Below, one piece after another: positions 1 to 5,003 of a stretch of 5,003 nt of DNA (position 1 is the stretch's first letter; each line of letters begins with the position of its first letter). Under the pieces are notes generated by a model that was given only the letters and a program-made list of their open reading frames with translations, made no database searches and had not been told where the DNA came from. Position numbers and translations under genes: made by a program. This stretch comes from Octopus sinensis (lineage: Eukaryota): positions 1 to 5,003 of the forward strand of contig NW_021830172.1 of assembly GCF_006345805.1 (NCBI RefSeq), in the 5' to 3' direction.

Positions 1-11
1 TGCTTCGTGCA

Positions 12-280
12 TGTGTGTGTGAGTATATATATATATATGTGTGTGTGTGTGGTGTGTGTGTGTGTGTGTGATGTGTGTGAGTGGTGTGTGTCTGTGTGTG
101 TGTGAGTGTGTGTGTGTGGTGTGTCTGTGTGTGTCTGTGTGTGTCTGTGTGTGTGTGTTAATGCGTAGATATATTTATGTATGTGTGTGCATGCGCGTGT
201 GTATTTTATTCTCTGTGTGTGAGTCTGTGGTCTGTGTGTGTCTGTGTGAGTGTGTGAGTGTGTGTGTGTGTATGTGTGTG

Positions 281-312
<32 letters not shown>

Positions 313-360
313 ACGCGTAGATATGTTTATGTATGTGTGTGTGGTGCATGCGTGTGTGCA
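12..360. repeat. Degenerate (TG)n/(TCTGTG)n microsatellite block with two embedded copies of a ~55-60 bp semi-unique unit
   Basis: Near-continuous TG dinucleotides. The unit TTAAYGCGTAGATATRTTTATGTATGTG...GCATGCG...ATTTTATTCT occurs at 158-212 and 310-369. Confidence 0.97.
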
Positions 361-840
361 TTTTATTCTGAAATACTAAACGCCACTACCATCCCACATG
401 ACTTACACAAAAAAGAATCAAAAGATTTTAGCAAATAAGAATGGAATTTATGTCAACGCTGACGCCAAGACATTTTTGACCAATATAATTTATCTCTTAA
501 TGCTTCTCCCAAAAGACAACGACGTCAGATTCCACCATTTTATTTCATTTCTGTTGAGATGGAAATCTCTGATCTTCGAGCGCAGAGACATTTATCTGCC
601 GTTTTACTCCATGGACATTTATCTAAAGGGCATACGATCCAAATTGAGGTCACAAAAGACGATCGCAAACGATGCCAATTGAGTTGGCATATTATCACGA
701 CTGAATATCATATTGAAGCGACATCTAGCGGTTAATTTGCTTAAAGTAGCTATTTTTACATATTTCGTTCTCTCTCTCCCATCGATTACACAGATTCCGA
801 TACTTTTTCGTATTTTATGAGTGCTTGACTTCATGCATGA

Positions 841-864
841 CAACAACAACAACAACAATATTAT

Positions 865-908
<44 letters not shown>

Positions 909-928
909 TGATGATGATGATGATGATG
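841..928. repeat. Compound trinucleotide microsatellite (CAA)6-(TAA)~13-(TGA)7
   Basis: Read directly: CAA units 841-858, TAA units 867-905, TGA units 906-926. Confidence 0.97.
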
Positions 929-954
929 TAGTCACACATCTATTGTTGCATGCA

Positions 955-1237
955 TATATATAGAAGTGTGTGTATACATAAGTATGAAATATATATATAT
1001 GTATATATATTTATATATGTATATATATATATGTATATATATATTATATAATATATTATATTGTATATATATTATATATATGTATATATATATATGTATA
1101 TATATATGTATATATATATAATATATATGTCTGTGTATATATATATATATATATAAATGTATATATATGTATATTATACATCTATCTAAACATGTGAGTA
1201 TATGTGCCTGTAAGTATGTATATATATATTATATATA

Positions 1238-1273
<36 letters not shown>

Positions 1274-1308
1274 TGTATGTATGTATGTATGTATGTATGT
1301 ATGTATAT
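955..1308. repeat. Imperfect (TA)n low-complexity tract ending in a perfect (TATG)15
   Basis: TA-dominated sequence from ~955 to 1243. An uninterrupted TATG array runs 1244-1303. Confidence 0.97.
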
Positions 1309-1800
1309 GTCTTTAGTGATCCCACTGATATTGACGTAAGAGAAGCGAACGAAGTTGATTCCCAACATAAAATCTCGGACATAACTTTCACAGCCTCTGA
1401 CATCAAAGCAGCAATAAATGAGGTCAAATACTATCCTGCTGCAGGCCCTGATATATTCCCTGCTAGTCTCCTGCATGAATGTAGACACCAGCTTGCAGTG
1501 CCTTTGACCAATTTCAGGAGAAATCCTTTTTACTCAGGTTATATACCGAAACAGCTCCCATCCCAGTCTGTCATCCCGGTTTTCAAACAGGGAAACAGAT
1601 CCCTCGCAGTCAACTATCGCCCAATCTCACTCACCTCCCACATCAATAAAATGTTTGAAAGAGTGGTAAGATCAAGGATAGCTGGCTTCCCGGAGACCCA
1701 CAAACCCCTAAATGCAAGTCAGCATGGCTTTCGCTGTGGCGGAGACTGTCTAACACAGCTCTTACACCACATTGAATATATACTTAAAGCCTTGGGAACA
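1309..1800 (+). mobile_element. Internal fragment of a non-LTR retrotransposon (LINE) ORF2, CR1/L2-group-like: linker plus N-terminal reverse transcriptase subdomains, truncated at both ends
   Basis: The frame of ORF 1204..1842 from codon 1309 gives VFSDP...ITFTASDIKAAI...AAGPDIFP...LAVPL...SGYIP...VIPVFKQGNR...NYRPISLTSHINKMFE...QHGFRCGGDCLTQLL. These match the LINE motifs (S/A)PGPDG, PIFKKG, NYRPISLTS..K..E and QHGF...SCLTQLL. Similarity stops before the expected DFxKAFD motif. The clade is inferred from motif style only. Confidence 0.93.
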
Positions 1801-1868
1801 GGTCGTTGTTTCGAACCTCGCTGCTCATGGTGCTTTTTATGATTTACAATATATTTGAGTACCAGTAA

Positions 1869-2052
1869 GGTAGCGAGCTGGCAGAAACGGTAGCACGCCG
1901 GGCGAAATGCTTAGCAATATTTCGTCTGTCCTTACGTTCTGAGTTCAAATTCCACCAAGGTTTACTTTGCCCCTCAACCTTTCGGGGTCGATTTAAACGA
2001 CTGGTTCCCTCCTTCAAAATTTCGGGCCTTGTGCCTAGAGTAGAGAAGAATA
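1869..2052 (+). mobile_element. tRNA-derived SINE, family A copy 1 (internally deleted)
   Basis: A-box-like TGGCAGAAACGG at 1879-1890 and B-box-like GTTCAAATTCC at 1943-1953. It aligns by eye with the copies at 2501-2710 (-) and 2728-2935 (+), sharing ACGTTCTGAGTTCAAATTCC and GGGGTCGAT. It resembles an abundant octopus SINE from recall. Confidence 0.88.
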
Positions 2053-2102
2053 TATATCTAAGTCCAACATAATATGTCTTTAACACTTACATACTTGAGA
2101 TC

Positions 2103-2474
2103 TAGTGGAGGCGCAATGGCCCAGTGGACTCGCGGTCGTAGGATCGCGGTTTCGATTCTCAGACCGGGCGTTGTGAGTGTTTATTGAGCGAAAACACTAA
2201 AAGCTCCACGAGGCTCCGGCAGGGATGGTGGTGATCCCTGCTGTACTCTTTCACCACAACTTTCTCTCACTCTTACTTCCTGTTTCTGTTGTACCTGTAT
2301 TTCAAAGGGCCGGCCTTGTCACTCTCTGTGTCACGCTGAATATCCCCGAGAACTACGTTAAGGGTACACGTGTCTGTGGAGTGCTCAGCCACTTACACGT
2401 TAATTTCACGAGCAGGCTGTTCCGTTTATCGGATCAACCAGAACCCTCGTCGTCGTAACCGACGGAGTGCTTCC
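2103..2474 (+). mobile_element. tRNA-derived SINE, family B, near full-length, flanked by a 10-bp target-site duplication
   Basis: The head GGAGGCGCAATGGCCCAGTGG contains an A box (TGGCCCAGTGG, 2117-2127) and is followed by B-box-like GGTTTCGATTC (2148-2158). The perfect direct repeat ACTTGAGATC lies at 2093-2102 and 2475-2484. There is a 3' stem-loop at 2451-2464. Confidence 0.9.
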
Positions 2475-2500
2475 ACTTGAGATCGAATTAATTATTTTTA

Positions 2501-2710
2501 ATATTGGTTTCAAATTTTGATATAAGGCCATGAAATTCGGGGACGGGACTAAATCGATCACATCGACCCCAGTGTTCAACTGGTATTTATTTTATCGACA
2601 CCGAAAGGGATAAAAGGCAAAATTAACCTCGGCGGAATTTGAACTCAGAACGTATAGACGGACGAAATGCCTTTAAAGCATTTTTGTCCAGTATGTTAAC
2701 GATTCTGCCA
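2501..2710 (-). mobile_element. tRNA-derived SINE, family A copy 2 (first ~10 nt missing)
   Basis: The reverse complement reads TGGCAGAATCGTTAAC...AAATGC...ACGTTCTGAGTTCAAATTCCGCCGAGG...TTTGCCTTTTATCCCTTTCGGTGTCGATAAAATAAATACCAG...CTGGGGTCGATGTGATCGAT...TCAAAATTTGAAACCAAT, which is colinear with copies 1 and 3. Confidence 0.9.
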
Positions 2711-2727
2711 ATAGTAATTGCTATTAA

Positions 2728-2935
2728 GGCAGCGAGGGAAAATGCTTCGCGGCATTTCACCCTGTCTGTAACGTTCTGAGTTCAAATTCCGCTGAGACCG
2801 ACTTTACCCTTTCATCATTTAGGGGGTCGATTAAATAAGTACTAGTCGAGCAGTGAGTGGGGGGGGGGGGGTCGATGTAATCGATTTATTTCTTTCTCCG
2901 AAATTGCTGGCTTCGTGTCAAAATTTGAAGCCAAT
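2728..2935 (+). mobile_element. tRNA-derived SINE, family A copy 3 (A box deleted, G13 expansion), with probable target-site duplication
   Basis: It starts GGCAGCGAG like copy 1 (GGTAGCGAG), then jumps to GGAAAATGC. It keeps ACGTTCTGAGTTCAAATTCC, both GGGGTCGAT repeats and the tail TCAAAATTTGAAGCCAAT. The direct repeat GTAATTGCT lies at 2714-2722 and 2937-2945. Confidence 0.9.
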
Positions 2936-3189
2936 CGTAATTGCTTATTTTGAGAAATACTGGTTAGATATCGTCGAACTATTGTTCCGTAACATCAAAG
3001 CTCAGTCCATTAACCCGGCGATTAACCTTCACAAAGCACTCACAAACGTTCCTTTTAGATCTTACATTAAGCATTCAAACATTCCATTGAACAACCGACA
3101 TCGCATATAATAGTGCGGCCATGTTTGTTCTCGCACGTTCCATTTAACTGATTGTTTAGCCATAAAAGCATGTCTTTAATTCTTCAAAT

Positions 3190-3380
3190 TTTTTACTAGC
3201 TCATGTCTTTGGACTGCGGCCATGCTGCGGCACCGCCTTGAAAGGGGTAGTCGAATTAATCGATCTCAACCCCACCCTGTACCTATTCCCTTGGATCTTT
3301 CACCGAACCGCAAAGTCATGGGATCATAATCAGACCAACGCCGGTTGTAAAACGTTGGTCAACGATAAATTTAAAGACAA
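3190..3380 (-). mobile_element. Diverged, headless 3' half of a third SINE family (family C), running into a CA/TA microsatellite
   Basis: The blocks GACTGCGGCCATGCTG..GCACCGCCTT, CCGAACCGCAAAGT, CGGTTGT and GACAAACACA match, in order, my recollection of the reverse strand of a common octopus SINE. A TCGA-nnnn-ATCGA/GGGGT/AATARGTAC module is shared with family A. The family identity is from recall only. Confidence 0.65.

Positions 3381-3448
<68 letters not shown>
3381..3448. repeat. (AC)11(AT)23 microsatellite
   Basis: Read directly: AC at 3381-3402, AT at 3403-3448. Confidence 0.98.
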
Positions 3449-3451
<3 letters not shown>

Positions 3452-3574
3452 CGTGATCACCGTGATCACCGTGACCGACCAGGCCATCAGATGTTGTTAC
3501 ACATCGCTGGTCACAATGCGCTTCGCATTGTTTTAGCCTTCAAATGACGCCACCCCGCTGGCTAAGCGAGCAGG

Positions 3575-3578
<4 letters not shown>
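3447..3578 (-). mobile_element. 5'-truncated retroposon 3' end (probable RTE-dependent SINE tail, or a related RTE 3' terminus) ending in a 9-bp tandem repeat
   Basis: (ATCACCGTG)3 at 3447-3473 reads as a (CACGGTGAT)3 tail on the minus strand. Positions 3491-3519 are 27/29 identical to 3643-3671 near the 3' end of the neighbouring RTE LINE. (TA)n flanks both sides. Confidence 0.75.

Positions 3579-3604
<26 letters not shown>
3579..3604. repeat. (TA)13 microsatellite
   Basis: Read directly. Confidence 0.98.
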
Positions 3605-3608
<4 letters not shown>

Positions 3609-4440
3609 AGTCTTAACGAAACTACCGAATACTGTGATCCCAATGTCGTTACACACCGCTGGTCACAATGCATCTTCAATTCTTTCTTGATTGTGCCCTT
3701 CTTTTCCCATCGCGGAGAGACCTTCGGAGCGGTCTTTCCCGGTCTCTTTCGTACCACTCGGCAACTGCACGGATCTACCTGTTGTCTGTTAACCTTGCGA
3801 CGATTCCTGCCCAACGGAAACTCTGCTTTCGCTGTTCTGCCATCATCTCACTCACTCTTCTTGCTTCTCAAATTACATCGCAGCGCTATTCCAGAACGAC
3901 CTCACTCTGCCGTAACCAACGGAGATTTTCTCCTTCTTCGTAGCAGTCCACGTCTTGCGTATAAGAGTTCAGGTAGGACGGTGCTATCGAAGAAACTGGC
4001 ACGTAGGGCCTTGTCAAGTTTAGCCTCGAGCACATCTTTTATTGAAGTTATTGCTTTCCATCCTTCACCTATTCTCCTTGAGATATCGGTATCCATGTTT
4101 TTGGCGCATATTCAGGTGGCCCAAGTAGATGCGCTTCTTTGCCTCCTCGATTTTATTGTTTCCCACTTCTATTCTGCCTCGTGGTTTGTTTTCGGGCCGT
4201 ACGTACTTCGTTTTCATCCGGCTCCCTTTAAGGCCTACTGCAGAGCTATGGGTGTCCAGCTCTATCAGAATGGTCTGCAGTTGATTCGTGGTTTTGGCGA
4301 CGAGTACGATGTCATCTGTGAATCGGAGGTCTTAGAAGTTTGCCGTTGATGTTCGCTCCGCCTGTTCAGTCAATGTCTCTGGTTGGTGTCCATTTATAGA
4401 CATGCAGTGAAGAGCTTTGGAGAGGTGGCATCTCCTACTA
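3604..4440 (-). mobile_element. 5'-truncated, decayed RTE-clade LINE: C-terminal half of reverse transcriptase through the 3' end, with frameshifts and stops
   Basis: Manual minus-strand translation across frames gives GDATSPKLFTACL* (~4395-4436, QGDxxSPxLF motif), GANINGKLL and LRFTDDIVLVAKT (FTDD at 4311-4322, the catalytic (Y/F)xDD). It continues QLQTILIELD...VGLK...KTKYV, IEEAKKRIYLG, DISRRIGEGWKA...LRASFFDSTVLPELLY, KTWT, RWAGIVARLTDNR*IRAVAEWY and KRPG...PRW. The C-terminal WAGHxxR..DNRW..EW..KR..RW pattern is typical of RTE elements. Confidence 0.93.
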
Positions 4441-4641
4441 CAGCGTCAGCGTCGAAAAGGCTGAGCCAAATCGTCTCCTGCCGACGGATAACTAGGTCTT
4501 CTATACCCCTGTGCTTTCCAGCTAAAACATCGTGGATGCATCAGTATAACTGCTATTTATTTCTTCTGTTTCATTACTGTGAAGGGTCGCAGGATGAAGT
4601 TGAAGCCATTAATAAACATTGATGCTGACATTAAACACATA

Positions 4642-4665
4642 CCCCCCCCCCCACACACACACACA
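4642..4665. repeat. C11 homopolymer followed by (AC)6
   Basis: Read directly. Confidence 0.9.
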
Positions 4666-4747
4666 TGAATATGCCGACAGACAGAGAAATACCGACACTC
4701 ACACATACAGACACTTATATGAAGAGATAAAGAGTATGAAATACAAA

Positions 4748-4797
4748 AGATAGATAGACAGGTAGATAGACAGGTAGATAAATAGATAGATAGATAT

Positions 4798-4843
<46 letters not shown>

Positions 4844-4874
4844 TAGATAGGTAGATAGATAGATAGATATTAGG

Positions 4875-4937
<63 letters not shown>

Positions 4938-5003
4938 GTAGATAGATATTAAGTAGATAAATAGATATGTATATATATATATATAATATAAAGAGAGAGA
5001 GAG
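4748..5003. repeat. (GATA)n tetranucleotide microsatellite with variant units, followed by short (TA)n and (GA)n
   Basis: GATA array at ~4748-4966 with GACA, GGTA and GATATT variants. TA-rich sequence at 4967-4990 and GA repeat to the window end. Confidence 0.97.

Noticed and set aside
41-438. Cys/Val-rich ORFs 41..313 and 250..438
   Set aside because: They are translations of the TG microsatellite, not metallothionein-like or other real proteins.
398-682. 94-aa ORF in the unique island
   Set aside because: No recognisable domain or convincing splice context, and the length is compatible with chance.
619-939. Minus-strand ORF with poly-Ile/poly-Leu resembling a signal or transmembrane segment
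   Set aside because: The hydrophobic run is the CAA/TAA/TGA microsatellite read on the reverse strand.
1182-1488. Minus-strand ORFs with YIHT repeats, and the N-terminal 35 aa of ORF 1204..1842
   Set aside because: These derive from the (TATG)n/(TA)n tract and the antisense of the LINE fragment. The microsatellite-encoded N-terminus is not part of the RT.
1848-2066. Possible decayed TSD around SINE copy 1 (ATATTTGAGTACCA vs ATATCTAAGTCCA)
   Set aside because: It needs two mismatches and an indel in AT-rich sequence, so it is suggestive but not supportable.
2107-2170. Possible genuine tRNA gene
   Set aside because: A and B boxes are present, but the spacing is too short for a cloverleaf. 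The sequence continues into a ~300-bp body bounded by a TSD, so it is a SINE head.
2176-2198. Possible hammerhead ribozyme (stem around TGAGCGAAA)
   Set aside because: The conserved CUGANGA core is absent (the sequence reads TTATTGA) and no three-way junction is evident.
2501-2935. MITE or foldback DNA transposon interpretation of the long inverted repeat
   Set aside because: Each arm is a SINE copy with pol III box remnants, a third solo copy exists at 1869-2052, and the right arm has its own TSD.
3114-3224. 10-bp direct repeat TGCGGCCATG (3114-3123, 3215-3224) and CATGTCTTT repeat (3169-3177, 3202-3210)
   Set aside because: They do not bracket a recognisable element, and the second copies lie inside the family C fragment. 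They are too short to interpret.
1844-3456. Short ORFs 1844..2086, 2225..2458, 2853..3110 and 3238..3456
   Set aside because: They lie within or start in SINE copies and have no protein motifs.
3447-3473. Direct repeats considered as CRISPR-like or iteron-like
   Set aside because: They are contiguous 9-bp units with no spacers and no cas or replication genes, in a eukaryotic retroposon context.
1309-4440. The two RT fragments as halves of one split or inverted element, or as a retron/DGR/group II intron system
   Set aside because: They lie on opposite strands and their motif styles point to different LINE clades (CR1/L2-like and RTE). Both are decayed, and no bacterial RT system features are present.

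Overview
This is repeat-dense, non-genic eukaryotic DNA, not a prokaryotic locus. The SINE sequences and the microsatellite density point to a coleoid cephalopod, most likely Octopus; that assignment is from recall of octopus repeats and has not been checked by a search. The window contains long microsatellite blocks (TG, CAA/TAA/TGA, TA/TATG, CA/TA, GATA) and two decayed non-LTR retrotransposon fragments: a CR1/L2-group ORF2 piece (+, ~1309-1800) and the 3' part of an RTE-clade LINE (-, ~3604-4440). It also holds about six SINE or SINE-like pieces: three copies of one tRNA-headed family (one carries a target-site duplication), one near-complete second family with a perfect 10-bp target-site duplication, and two headless 3' fragments. 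I cannot support any intact host gene. Most ORFs in the track are microsatellite translations or read through repeats. The most interesting signals are (1) a short element whose 3' region shares 27/29 nt with the 3' end of the adjacent RTE LINE, both sitting at (TA)n tracts, which suggests a LINE/SINE partner pair; (2) a head-to-head SINE pair forming a ~435-bp quasi-palindrome; and (3) module and tail sharing between SINE families. I see no evidence for a wholly new biological system.
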